From NCBI GenBank assembly GCA_963422735.1, contig OY730476.1, forward strand, positions 2,336,001 through 2,400,000: 64,000 nt of DNA, written 5' to 3'. The notes under the pieces are model-generated. The model was not told where the DNA came from, searched no databases, and worked only from the letters and a program-made list of their open reading frames with translations. Below, in pieces: positions 39,159-48,281 of this stretch. The first letter of the stretch is position 1. Every line of letters starts with the position of its first letter. Made by a program: the position numbers and the translations under genes. This DNA comes from Candidatus Latescibacterota bacterium (GTDB lineage: Bacteria; Latescibacterota; UBA2968; UBA8231).

Positions 39159-39180
39159 CCCCTTCACCCCCAGACGCTTT

Positions 39181-40185
39181 ATGACCTCTCTCCTACTCGA
39201 TGTCCACAACCTGAGCGTACGCATTGACCGCGACGAGGGCGTGGTGCGGCCGCTCAACGGCGTCAGCTTCCGCATCAACACCGGCCAAGCCGTGGGCATA
39301 GTCGGCGAAAGCGGCTGCGGCAAGACCATGACTTCTAACGCCCTACTGCAGATTTTGCCAGCGGCAGCCGAGATTACCAGCGGCCACATCCGCTACCGCC
39401 GCAAGCTGGACGAGCGCGAGATCGACCTCGCCGCGCTCGCCGCGCACAGCGACGAGATGCATCAGATCAGGGGTGGCGACATTTCCATGATCTTCCAAGA
39501 GCCCATGACCGCCTTCTCGCCGGTTCACACCATTGGCAACCAAATCGCCGAGATGATCCAACTCCACGATTCGCTATCCTCAAAAGCAACGCAGCAGCGG
39601 GTCGTGGAACTGTTGCACTTAGTCGGCATCCCCGATCCGCAGGACCGCGCTGCAGACTATCCCTTCCAGCTTTCGGGCGGCATGCGCCAGCGGGCGATGA
39701 TTGCCATGGCGCTGGCGAGCAATCCGCGGCTTTTGATCGCCGACGAGCCAACCACGGCACTCGACGTGACCGTGCAGGCGCGAGTGCTCAAGCTGATCCA
39801 ACGGCTCCGGCGCGAACTGGGACTGGCGCTCATGCTGATTACTCACGATCTGGGTGTGATCGCGCACACGGTCGAATACGTCTATGTGATGTACATGGGG
39901 CGAATCGTCGAAGAGGGTCCGGTAGCCGCAATTTTCGACCGCCCGGCGCATCCTTATACGGCGGCCCTATTGCAATCCATCCCTAGTCTGACGGGCAAAC
40001 GCCGGCGCATCGAGCCGATTGAGGGCAGCGTCCCCAGCGCGTACGCCCTGCCCGAGGGGTGTCCCTTCCACACCCGCTGCGCGCAAAAGGTCGGCCCCAT
40101 CTGCCAGCAGCAAATGCCCGCGTCGGCGGAAGTGGGGCCGCACCACCGCGCCCGTTGTTTCATCCACACCCAAGAAGGGGACTAG
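39181..40185 (+). CDS. Oligopeptide/dipeptide ABC transporter ATP-binding subunit (OppD/DppD-like)
   Basis: GESGCGKT, LSGGMRQR, LIADEPTTALD, HPYT, GCPFHTRC. Confidence 0.92.
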   Translation: MTSLLLDVHNLSVRIDRDEGVVRPLNGVSFRINTGQAVGIVGESGCGKTMTSNALLQILPAAAEITSGHIRYRRKLDEREIDLAALAAHSDEMHQIRGGDISMIFQEPMTAFSPVHTIGNQIAEMIQLHDSLSSKATQQRVVELLHLVGIPDPQDRAADYPFQLSGGMRQRAMIAMALASNPRLLIADEPTTALDVTVQARVLKLIQRLRRELGLALMLITHDLGVIAHTVEYVYVMYMGRIVEEGPVAAIFDRPAHPYTAALLQSIPSLTGKRRRIEPIEGSVPSAYALPEGCPFHTRCAQKVGPICQQQMPASAEVGPHHRARCFIHTQEGD

Positions 40186-40189
40186 CCCG

Positions 40190-41203
40190 ATGACCAAAGG
40201 GGCCGAAGATGCTCTCCTGCAAGTGCGGGGGTTAAAAAAGCACTTTCCCGTACACCGGGGCCTTCTACAGCGACAGACGGGTTGGATAAAGGCCGTGGAC
40301 GGCGTGAGCTTTGCGCTCGCCCAAGGCAAAATTTTGGGGCTGGTTGGGGAGAGTGGGTGCGGCAAAACCACCGCCGGGCGGATGATTCTCCGCGCCCTAG
40401 AACCGACCGCCGGGGAGATCCTCTTTCGGCAACAGAGCGGGCAGGTCGTAGATATGGCCCAACTCGGCCGCCGCCAAGTCGTCCAAGCCCGCCGACAGAT
40501 GCAGATGATTTTCCAAGACCCGTACTCGTCCCTAAATCCGCGGATGCCAGTGCGCGACCTCATCGCCGAGCCGCTCCGGGCTTATGGCTGGTCCGCACGC
40601 GACAGCCACGAGCGCGTGGGCGAGCTGATGGAGCGAGTGGGGCTCGACCCCAGATATGCGCGCCGCTATCCGCACGCCTTCTCGGGCGGCCAGCGGCAGC
40701 GCATCGGCATCGCCCGCGCCTTGGCCTTAAGTCCGTCGCTCATCGTCGCCGACGAGCCGGTCTCCGCACTCGATGTCAGCGTACAAGCCCAGATCCTCAA
40801 CTTGCTGCGCCAATTGCAGGCCGACCTCAACCTCACCTTGCTCTTTATCGCCCACGACCTGAGCGTGGTGCGCTATCTCTGCGATGAAGTGGCCGTCATG
40901 TACCAAGGTCGGATCGTGGAACAGGCCACCACCGAAGCCCTCTTTACCCAACCGCAGCACCCCTATACGGCCATGTTGCTAGAGGCCGCGCCCGCGCCCG
41001 ACCCCCATGCCTCGTGGATGGAGGCCGACGAAGACGCCAGCGAGGCGGGGGAACCGACGCCTGCCGGCGACCAAGGGTGCGCTTTCGCGCCGCGCTGCCG
41101 CTACAAAAGCGACCTGTGCAACCAGCAGATGCCCGCCCTAGAGAGCGAGTCGCATCTGGCCGCCTGCCATCACAAAGACGAGCTGGAACTGCAGGGCGTG
41201 TAG
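40190..41203 (+). CDS. Oligopeptide/dipeptide ABC transporter ATP-binding subunit (OppF/DppF-like)
   Basis: KAVDGVSF, GESGCGKT, FSGGQRQRI, DEPVSALDVS. Confidence 0.92.
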   Translation: MTKGAEDALLQVRGLKKHFPVHRGLLQRQTGWIKAVDGVSFALAQGKILGLVGESGCGKTTAGRMILRALEPTAGEILFRQQSGQVVDMAQLGRRQVVQARRQMQMIFQDPYSSLNPRMPVRDLIAEPLRAYGWSARDSHERVGELMERVGLDPRYARRYPHAFSGGQRQRIGIARALALSPSLIVADEPVSALDVSVQAQILNLLRQLQADLNLTLLFIAHDLSVVRYLCDEVAVMYQGRIVEQATTEALFTQPQHPYTAMLLEAAPAPDPHASWMEADEDASEAGEPTPAGDQGCAFAPRCRYKSDLCNQQMPALESESHLAACHHKDELELQGV

Positions 41204-41214
41204 TGCAGTGAATA

Positions 41215-41246
41215 TGGTTGACCGAATAAGTAAACCAAACTAGATT
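41215..41246 (+). promoter_or_regulatory. Sigma70-like promoter overlapped by an inverted-repeat operator
   Basis: TTGACC-17 nt-TAGATT. IR TGGTTGAC-N7-GTAAACCA covers the -35 box. Confidence 0.6.
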
Positions 41247-41289
41247 GCGATTAAGCGATTACGCAAAGATCGCGGAAGAGAACGTCTGC

Positions 41290-42542
41290 ATGGTCCAGTT
41301 TGGGGATCACCTGCGGCAAACTCGCCTCGAAAGCGGATTGACCCAAGCCGATGTGGCGAACCGCCTTAGAGTCTCGAAAGGGTACATTTCGCGCATCGAG
41401 AGCGGCAAGGCGCGACCCGCCGAAGCGACAGTCCGACAGCTAGCCCAAATCTGCGAGACCGATCCTGATCCGCTTCTCATCTTGGCCGATTACCTGCCCT
41501 CCGACCTTCGAGAAATTCTATCGCAGCATCCGACCGAGGCGTCGGCGATGCTGCGCGGCACCTTTGGGCGTACCGCTCACTCGCAAAATGCGCCCCCCAC
41601 TGTTGCCGAGTCCCAAGCCCTCTACCAGCCTAGCGAAGCCTCATATCAGCTCGTCCAAGAGGATTGCTTCGCGTGGATGGAGCACCGCCCCTCCAACAGC
41701 GTCCACGCCATCGTCACCGACCCGCCCTACGGTCTGAAGGAGTACACCGACAAAGAAAAGGACAAACTCCGGCGCGGACGGGGCGGTGTCTGGCGCATCC
41801 CGCCAGCTTTGGACGGGGCCATCCGCCAGCCCCTACCCCGGTTTACCGTCCTCATCAACGGCGACAAACAGTAGCTTACCGCATTCTTTGGGCAATGGAG
41901 TGAGCGGGCATTGCGAGTGCTCGTGCCGGGGGACACATCTTCATTGCCGCCAACCCCTTGCTGTCGCACTTGGTCTATGCGGCCCTCGTCGAAAGTGGCT
42001 TTGAGAAGCGCGGCGAGATCATACGCTTGGTACAGACGTTGCGGGGCGGCGACCGCCCCAAAAATGCACACGACGAATTCGCAGACGTCACCGTCATGCC
42101 CCGCTCCGGCTGGGAGCCTTGGGGCCTATTTCGCAAGCCGTGCGAGGGCCGCGTACAGGACAACCTGCGCGTATGGAAGACGGGTGGACTGAGGCGGATC
42201 AGTGCCGAGCGCCCTTTCGGCGATGTCATCCGCAGTGCGCCCACCCGGCCGGCGGAACGCACCATCGCGCCGCATCCCTCTCTCAAACCGCAGAGCTTTA
42301 TGCGTCAGATCGTGCCTGCGGCTCTGCCGCTGGGAGAGGGGATCGTGCTCGACCCGTTCATGGATAGGGGTTCGACTGTCGCTGCCGCATCTGCAGTGGG
42401 TTATGAGAGTATTGGCATTGAAAGCGATCCCGCGTTTTTCGAGGTCGCGAAAGCCGCAATTCCGCAATTAGCCACGCTGGAGGTCAACGGAGAGAGCAAG
42501 CCGGCACCGAGCTCCGGGGAGCAGCCAAGCCTATTCGGCTGA
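41290..42542 (+). pseudogene. XRE-HTH fused N4/N6 DNA methyltransferase (beta class), with internal TAG and frameshift
   Basis: LTQADVA..L.VSKGYISRIESG HTH, VTDPPY, HPSLKP, VLDPFMDRGST. Stop at 41872-41874 and frameshift near 41930. Confidence 0.8.
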
Positions 42543-42548
42543 AGACGC

Positions 42549-43100
42549 TTATGGCTCGGCTAGGATGGCGCGATGACGACCGACGCCGACGTCGGGCAAC
42601 CGGTAGAGGAAATTGTTCCTCAGCTTCTCGACACCTGTCTTGGTTATTGATGCCGTGGGCGTCCTGCGCGAATCACCCGTGCGGCTTGAGAATGACCAAT
42701 CCGCTTCGTCGAGCTTGGCGCAGAGGATTTCGAGAAATGTCAGCGGCGCAGAAGCCCCTTTTTCCTGCTCGCCAATCGCATAGCGAAATACCATTAGCCA
42801 GCAGTCTTCCGGATTGTGCCCCTGCCAGCCGCCGCTCTGAATGGACGACTTAATTTCGATACCCTCGTCGTCCTTCAACACTAGATTTGATGCGTAATGG
42901 CCTTGCGGCAGCAGGTCGGGATGTCCTCCCGCCTTCGCATTCGTCTCCAGTGATCCAGCAGCGCGGGCGATATTCTTTACGAGAAACTCGGAAATCATGC
43001 CGGACAGCGAATTGCCCAGCAGCAACTCCTCCAATGGACGAAAACCATTGCTTTCGAGGAAGTCGTTCAATCCGTGAAAAAGTCGGTACGTCTCCGCCAC
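42549..43100 (-). CDS. Putative type II restriction endonuclease (PD-(D/E)xK), probably N-terminally truncated
   Basis: HPDLL...GIEIKS motif. Convergent with the MTase. Confidence 0.55.
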   Translation of the reverse strand: MAETYRLFHGLNDFLESNGFRPLEELLLGNSLSGMISEFLVKNIARAAGSLETNAKAGGHPDLLPQGHYASNLVLKDDEGIEIKSSIQSGGWQGHNPEDCWLMVFRYAIGEQEKGASAPLTFLEILCAKLDEADWSFSSRTGDSRRTPTASITKTGVEKLRNNFLYRLPDVGVGRHRAILAEP

Positions 43101-43117
43101 CGCCTGTTCTATTTCTT

Positions 43118-43993
43118 CTACTTTGAGTCCGTAGCGACGCGACGATTCACGTAGCGGGGATTAAGCGTTTCCGCATCGTCATTCCCCGCCGTGCGATAGG
43201 GGGCAGGGTCAAAGCCCGGATACCGCGTCGCCATCCCCGCGATAAATTCTTCCGTCCACAACGGGTCGCCCGGCGGCGGGAAGCCTAGCAGTTCGCGCTG
43301 GCGCGGCGTGGCTTCAGCCATGAAGCGGTGCATAGCGGTGCCTTGAGCACCGCTTTTGTACGTGAAAGTGCGACCGCCATCCCAAGGGCGGTCCTTGCGG
43401 GTGAAGCCCACCCACATGACCGGACGGTGCCCGGCTGGCGCAGTGAAATCCGAGGCCGCGTGGCGGGTGAAGACGCTGTAGAGGCACACCGAGCCGCCGG
43501 GGACGATCATCGGCATGGCTTCTGCGTCGGGGCGGCCATTAGGCACCATGCGGATCGGGGCCATGCCTTTCTCGACATCGTCGAAGCAGTAGAAACAGAC
43601 CAAGTTCATAAAGTCGTCTGGCTCGATGATCGGCCCCAGTGTGTTGTTGCCGTAGTCGATGTGAAAATTGGTCCCGTATTCCTCGCCGGCGTATTTCATC
43701 CCTAGATGGCCCTCGCAGAGACGAATCTCGCGAGTGCCTAAAACGCGCTCGGCCGCGTCAATCAGATCGGGATGGACGGTGACGTGATTGAGACCGGAGT
43801 GGTCCCAAGGGAAGAGCCTGTGCTGAGGGGTGTCGTTGCGATGGCCGTTGGCTAGGTATTGGTCGTAGGGCGGGGCGAAGGAAATGAAAAAGCCATCGAG
43901 CGCGGCTTGCTGCTCGTCTTTAGTAAGGAAGTTCTCGACGATCAGGAAGCCCTGTTCTTTGTACGCAGCGAGTTGGTCGTCGGTGATGTGCAT
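43118..43993 (-). CDS. PhyH family Fe/2OG dioxygenase
   Basis: YKEQGFLIVENFL, FHID, GGSVCLYSVFTRHAAS. Confidence 0.8.
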   Translation of the reverse strand: MHITDDQLAAYKEQGFLIVENFLTKDEQQAALDGFFISFAPPYDQYLANGHRNDTPQHRLFPWDHSGLNHVTVHPDLIDAAERVLGTREIRLCEGHLGMKYAGEEYGTNFHIDYGNNTLGPIIEPDDFMNLVCFYCFDDVEKGMAPIRMVPNGRPDAEAMPMIVPGGSVCLYSVFTRHAASDFTAPAGHRPVMWVGFTRKDRPWDGGRTFTYKSGAQGTAMHRFMAEATPRQRELLGFPPPGDPLWTEEFIAGMATRYPGFDPAPYRTAGNDDAETLNPRYVNRRVATDSK

Positions 43994-44008
43994 TTAAGGG
44001 TGCCGCTA

Positions 44009-44938
44009 TTACTTGTTGGCGTAGATCGCCACAATGCGCTGCAACAGATCTAGAGCCTGTCCGCGCGATCTCTGGAAGGCGTTGCGACCGATGATGGAGC
44101 CAAAGCCGCCGCCATCGCGGATGCCGGTGATTTCCTCGATGATTTCCTCTTCGCCCCTGGCCGGGCCGCCAGAAAAGATCACCACGCGCCGCCCGTTGAA
44201 CGCCGATTGCACCACGTGGCTCACGCGCTCGGCCAAGGTGCTGGCCGGCACATCCGCATACGCCTTGCGGGCCTCGTCTTGCTCAATGTGGGCCGTAGGC
44301 GGTTTGACCTTGATGATATGGGCCCCTAGCTGAGCGGCGATTTGGGCGGCGTACGCGGTGACGTCGAGCCCGGTCTCCCCGTCCTTGCTCAAGCCTGTGC
44401 CGCGCGGATAGGACCAGACCACCACGAGCAAACCGTGCCGCTTGGCCTCTTCGGCCAAGGCTTGCAGCTTTTCGTACATCTCCTGCCGCAGGGCCGAACC
44501 CGGATAGACCGTGTAGCCGATGCCAACGCAACCCAAGCGCAGGGCGGCGGCGATGGAGCCGGTAAGCGACTGGGTGGGGTCTGCGTCGGAGTGGAGATTT
44601 TCTCGGTTGTTGAGCTTGAGGATCAGCGGTAGATCGCCCGCGTAGTCGCGCACGCCCGCTTCGAGGAATCCGAGCGGAGCGGCGTATGCACTGAGGCCGG
44701 CGGCGATGGCCAGTTCAAAGTGATAGCGCGGATCGTACGCGGGCGGGTTGGGGGCGAAGCTGCGCCCAGGGCCGTGCTCGACGCCCTGATCTACGGGTAG
44801 GATGACTAACTTGCCCGTGCCGCCGAGCGCGCCGTGGTTGAGCAGGCGCGCCAAGTTGGTCAAGGTGCCGGGGTTATCGCTGCCATACCAGCTTAGAATT
44901 TCGCGGATGCGCTCTTGCATCTCGTACCTTTCTCGCAT
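44009..44938 (-). CDS. fbaB: Class I fructose-bisphosphate aldolase
   Basis: ILPVDQGVEHGP, VVWSYPRG, LGAHIIKVK, FSGG, GSIIGRNAFQR. Confidence 0.9.
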   Translation of the reverse strand: MRERYEMQERIREILSWYGSDNPGTLTNLARLLNHGALGGTGKLVILPVDQGVEHGPGRSFAPNPPAYDPRYHFELAIAAGLSAYAAPLGFLEAGVRDYAGDLPLILKLNNRENLHSDADPTQSLTGSIAAALRLGCVGIGYTVYPGSALRQEMYEKLQALAEEAKRHGLLVVVWSYPRGTGLSKDGETGLDVTAYAAQIAAQLGAHIIKVKPPTAHIEQDEARKAYADVPASTLAERVSHVVQSAFNGRRVVIFSGGPARGEEEIIEEITGIRDGGGFGSIIGRNAFQRSRGQALDLLQRIVAIYANK

Positions 44939-44960
44939 GTGAGGAATAGGAATTTTTTAT

Positions 44961-45004
44961 AAAAGAAAAGCTCCTCAACCGCGCAAAGCGCGCTAAAGGA
45001 GCTT
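44961..45004 (-). terminator. Terminator after tRNA-Asp
   Basis: AAGCTCCT...AGGAGCTT stem followed by a T-rich tail on the minus strand. Confidence 0.55.
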
Positions 45005-45010
45005 GACAAA

Positions 45011-45087
45011 TGGCGGGGACGACGAGACTCGAACTCGCGACCTTCGGCGTGACAGGCCGACGTTCTAACCAGCTGAACTACGCCCCC
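45011..45087 (-). tRNA. tRNA-Asp(GTC)
   Basis: GGGGGCGTAGTTCAGCTGGTTAGAACGTCGGCCTGTCACGCCGAAGGTCGCGAGTTCGAGTCTCGTCGTCCCCGCCA: cloverleaf with encoded CCA. Confidence 0.97.
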
Positions 45088-45114
45088 ATTTGTTCGAATA
45101 AGATAAAAGCCGGA

Positions 45115-45654
45115 CTAAGTACTGTCAATGGCCAAGGCGTTAGCCTGCGCGGTACTCTCTTTTTTTAACCGCCTGAGCGCGCTGTGCATGAGCTGGCGCT
45201 TGAGAGGACTGAGGTAGTCGATGAAGAGCTTGCCATCGAGGTGGTCGATTTCGTGTTGGAGGGCGCGGGCGTAAAAGCCTTCGCCCGCGGTTTTGAAGGG
45301 CTGACCATCGAGGCCAATGGCCTCTACTTCGACCCAAGCATAGCGCTTGACGTCACCGTACAGATCGGGAAAGCTCAGACAACCCTCCTCGCCGACTTGC
45401 TCGCCCTCCTCGCCTATGATCTTGGGGTTGATTAAGGCCATGGGCTGGCAGTTGGGCTGATGGGCGGTCACATCGACGACGCAGACCCGCTTGAGGACGC
45501 CAATCTGCGGGGCGGCAAGCCCGACTCCGGCCGCGGCGTGCATGGAGTCGAAGAGGTCGGCGACGAGTGCGCGGATGGCGTCATCCACCACTGCGACCGG
45601 ACCACACGTCTGGCGGAGACACTGCGCTCCGAACAGCGCGATTTCGCGTTTCAT
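45115..45654 (-). CDS. def: Peptide deformylase
   Basis: GVGLAAPQIG, EGCLS, QHEIDHLDG. Confidence 0.95.
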   Translation of the reverse strand: MKREIALFGAQCLRQTCGPVAVVDDAIRALVADLFDSMHAAAGVGLAAPQIGVLKRVCVVDVTAHQPNCQPMALINPKIIGEEGEQVGEEGCLSFPDLYGDVKRYAWVEVEAIGLDGQPFKTAGEGFYARALQHEIDHLDGKLFIDYLSPLKRQLMHSALRRLKKESTAQANALAIDST

Positions 45655-46700
45655 GCGTCTAAGGGATCCAATTCTAGGGCGATATAGCGCAGGCCTAAGT
45701 CTGCAAGTGCGGCCACTAAGGCCGAGCGCAGATGGGACGCAGCTAGGCGGGCGATGGCTTTTGCGGGCAAGCGCAGGACGAGCATCTGGTCGCGCTGCTC
45801 GTACGCGGCTGGCAGGAGCGAATGCGCTGCGAGCAGCGGATTGACCCGCGCAAAGAGCGGCTCGTCGGCACCGGAGTCGGCGATGGTGAGCAGAGCCTCG
45901 TTCATGCTGCCGGACCGGAAGCCGCACAGATCGGCAGTAGTTTGCAAATAGCCAATTTCCCGAAAGTGCTCCACCAAAGACCGGCGCGCATCCGGGTCGC
46001 CCAGCAGTCGCGTCAAGTCCTCTGCGGGCAACTCGATGCGCGACAGCGTCTCGTGGTGGCGGGCGCGAACCTGATCAAAGCCACAGACCTCGTGCAGATA
46101 GTGCTCGGCGCGGTCTATTTGGCGCAGGCCCTCGGCAGTGACCGGCGTGCCGTAAGGGAAGCGCGACGAGAGGCAGGCCATGGCCGGGCGGTCCCACACC
46201 GCCAGCCCCCAGCGCTTCGCTAGGGCGCGCACGTCGTCCTTGGTCAGGCCCGCTTCGGCTAAGGGCGCGTGTACCCCGCGCTCGCGGGCGGCCGCGGCCC
46301 CGGGACGGAAATCGCCGATGTCGTCGGCGTTTTGGCCGTAGAGGATGTAATCGATATTGAGGGTACTCGCTAGCTGCTCCATCTGGACGAAGAGCTCCTG
46401 CTTGCAGTAGTAGCAGCGGTTGGGCGCGTTTTTGGCGTAGTCGGGGTTGTCCAGCTCGCGGGTCTTGACCACCTCGTGGCGGATGCCGAACTCGCGGGTG
46501 ATCTCGGCGGCCTTCTCCAATTCGCCGGTGGCATAGCTCTCAGAGTCCGCGGTGATGCAGATGGCCCCCTCGCCCAAGACCCGCTGGGCTGCCACCGCCA
46601 GCGTGGCGCTATCGACCCCCCCCGAATAGCCGACCAGCACCTGCCCCATGGGGCGCAGAATTTCTTCGAGGTGCGCTAGTTTTTCGTCTAGGGAAAGCAC
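45651..46700 (-). CDS. larE: LarE-family ATP-dependent sulfur transferase with C-terminal extension
   Basis: YSGGVDS PP-loop, NRCYYCK, DDIGDFRPG, ACLSSRFPYG, GFRSGSMN. Confidence 0.88.
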   Translation of the reverse strand: MLSLDEKLAHLEEILRPMGQVLVGYSGGVDSATLAVAAQRVLGEGAICITADSESYATGELEKAAEITREFGIRHEVVKTRELDNPDYAKNAPNRCYYCKQELFVQMEQLASTLNIDYILYGQNADDIGDFRPGAAAARERGVHAPLAEAGLTKDDVRALAKRWGLAVWDRPAMACLSSRFPYGTPVTAEGLRQIDRAEHYLHEVCGFDQVRARHHETLSRIELPAEDLTRLLGDPDARRSLVEHFREIGYLQTTADLCGFRSGSMNEALLTIADSGADEPLFARVNPLLAAHSLLPAAYEQRDQMLVLRLPAKAIARLAASHLRSALVAALADLGLRYIALELDPLDA

Positions 46701-46705
46701 GGCGA

Positions 46706-48154
46706 TCAGAAGGAAGATTTTTCCGCGGACGCGGCGCAGGGCATGATCGCAGCGTCAACCATGCCGTGCAGAATTTTCTTGTCGGCCGGGAAAACTAGCG
46801 CTTGGATGCCGCACAGGCGCGGCGCATCGCCGATGACATAGTAATAAGGACGCAGCATCACTCGGCCCCGCATGGGCACGATCTCGTCGCGGTAGAAGTC
46901 GTAGTAGCGCACGGTGCGACGGGCGGCCTTGTGGAACTCCTGCAAGATATAGGGCTGGTGCTCAAAGCGGTCGAGGGCCTCCTGTACGCGCTTGGACCAT
47001 TCGGCTTCGGGCAGGTCGTGGCCGATGGACACGCCCTTGCTCTCATACGCTATGTTGGAAAAGCCCGAGGGCTTGAGCACGAGCTCGCGCTGCTTCTTGG
47101 TTAGCTGTTTCAACTGCTGCCAGTCGCTGACGGGTTGGCCGCCAATGTCGAGGCCGGGAATGATGGCGTGGGGCGGCAGCGGCCGCGCATCGACAATCCA
47201 AGAGCGCGGGATCAGGCTGCCCAAGGCGGCAAAAGGCTCCTTGCCCAAGGCGCGATGCCAATAGGATTTGAGCGCGGGGTGGTGGTAGAATGCCAGCCAG
47301 AGCTTTTCTTCGAGATATGCCTTCGGCGGCGGGGTCAGGCACAGGGCGTTTTTCTTGGTGAAATAGGCAAAAAGCTCGGACTTGGGGATGTTTTTGAGGT
47401 CGAATAGTTCGAAGAAGCGGTAGGCCGCGTCGATGCGCCAAGGGGCCGGCTCGTCAGCGCCTTGGAGGAAGAGTCCCTTTTCGTCAAAGCGGGCCTCGCG
47501 CGGGTGGGCACTGCGGGCCGGTTTGCCGCTCGCCTGCAAGCGCTCGACCAGCCATTCCATTTCGCGGCGATAGGCCTCGGACTCGTCCGAGACGAAGAGG
47601 GCAAAATGCGGCTCGGCCACCTCGGCGGCCGCGGCAATGGCTTCGTAGAATGGGTCGATCAGGCCGCGGGCACCGCCGATAATGTCGTAGCCAAGGTCAG
47701 CATAGACCTCCGAGACTTGGGCGGTGAATCCCATGCCGCCGGGAATGGCGTCTAGCTCGACTAGCTTGAAGCCGTCCTCGGTGAGCAGGAGATCCGGGCG
47801 AATGACCAAGGGCAACTGGGACTTGATGCGATTCCAGAGGCCCATTTCGCGCACGGCACTCGGTTTGCCCAAATCCAAGTACTCGTGAATCCAAGGCGGC
47901 TCGACACCCTTGACGCTCTGGTGGTAAAGCTGGTTAGAGGCCCTGTAAAACTGATGTAGGACGCCGCCAAGCTGGTCTAGGTAGCGGTGTTGCGCCGGCG
48001 AGAGCCAGAAAGGCTCCGGGGCAATGCGCCAAGGCAGATTACTGTCCGGGTGTAGATGGGTGCGGTCGCCTTCAAAAAGACCGCCAGCGGGACAATGGGC
48101 GTTGATGTGGAGGCAGAGTGCTTTGAGGTCGGATGCGGTACTCGGGAGGGACAT
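46706..48154 (-). CDS. ATP-grasp-like ligase (glutathionylspermidine synthase / circularly permuted type)
   Basis: IRPDLLL...ELDAIPGGMG, LVLKPSG, YILQEF. Fold assignment is inferred. Confidence 0.55.
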   Translation of the reverse strand: MSLPSTASDLKALCLHINAHCPAGGLFEGDRTHLHPDSNLPWRIAPEPFWLSPAQHRYLDQLGGVLHQFYRASNQLYHQSVKGVEPPWIHEYLDLGKPSAVREMGLWNRIKSQLPLVIRPDLLLTEDGFKLVELDAIPGGMGFTAQVSEVYADLGYDIIGGARGLIDPFYEAIAAAAEVAEPHFALFVSDESEAYRREMEWLVERLQASGKPARSAHPREARFDEKGLFLQGADEPAPWRIDAAYRFFELFDLKNIPKSELFAYFTKKNALCLTPPPKAYLEEKLWLAFYHHPALKSYWHRALGKEPFAALGSLIPRSWIVDARPLPPHAIIPGLDIGGQPVSDWQQLKQLTKKQRELVLKPSGFSNIAYESKGVSIGHDLPEAEWSKRVQEALDRFEHQPYILQEFHKAARRTVRYYDFYRDEIVPMRGRVMLRPYYYVIGDAPRLCGIQALVFPADKKILHGMVDAAIMPCAASAEKSSF

Positions 48155-48281
48155 CGAATAGGCTCTCTAAAATATTATGCACACCAATTTAGGATAAATG
48201 ATATGCTAGGTCAACGCCGCTTGGCCTTTGGCAAGACCAAACCCGCACCGCATATTTGCTCAAGCGACGAAGGAGCGCGAT

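Noticed and set aside
45011-45087. tRNA-Asp as the integration site of the 36-43 kb island
   Set aside because: No duplicate of the tRNA 3' end and no integrase were seen, and fbaB and phyH intervene.
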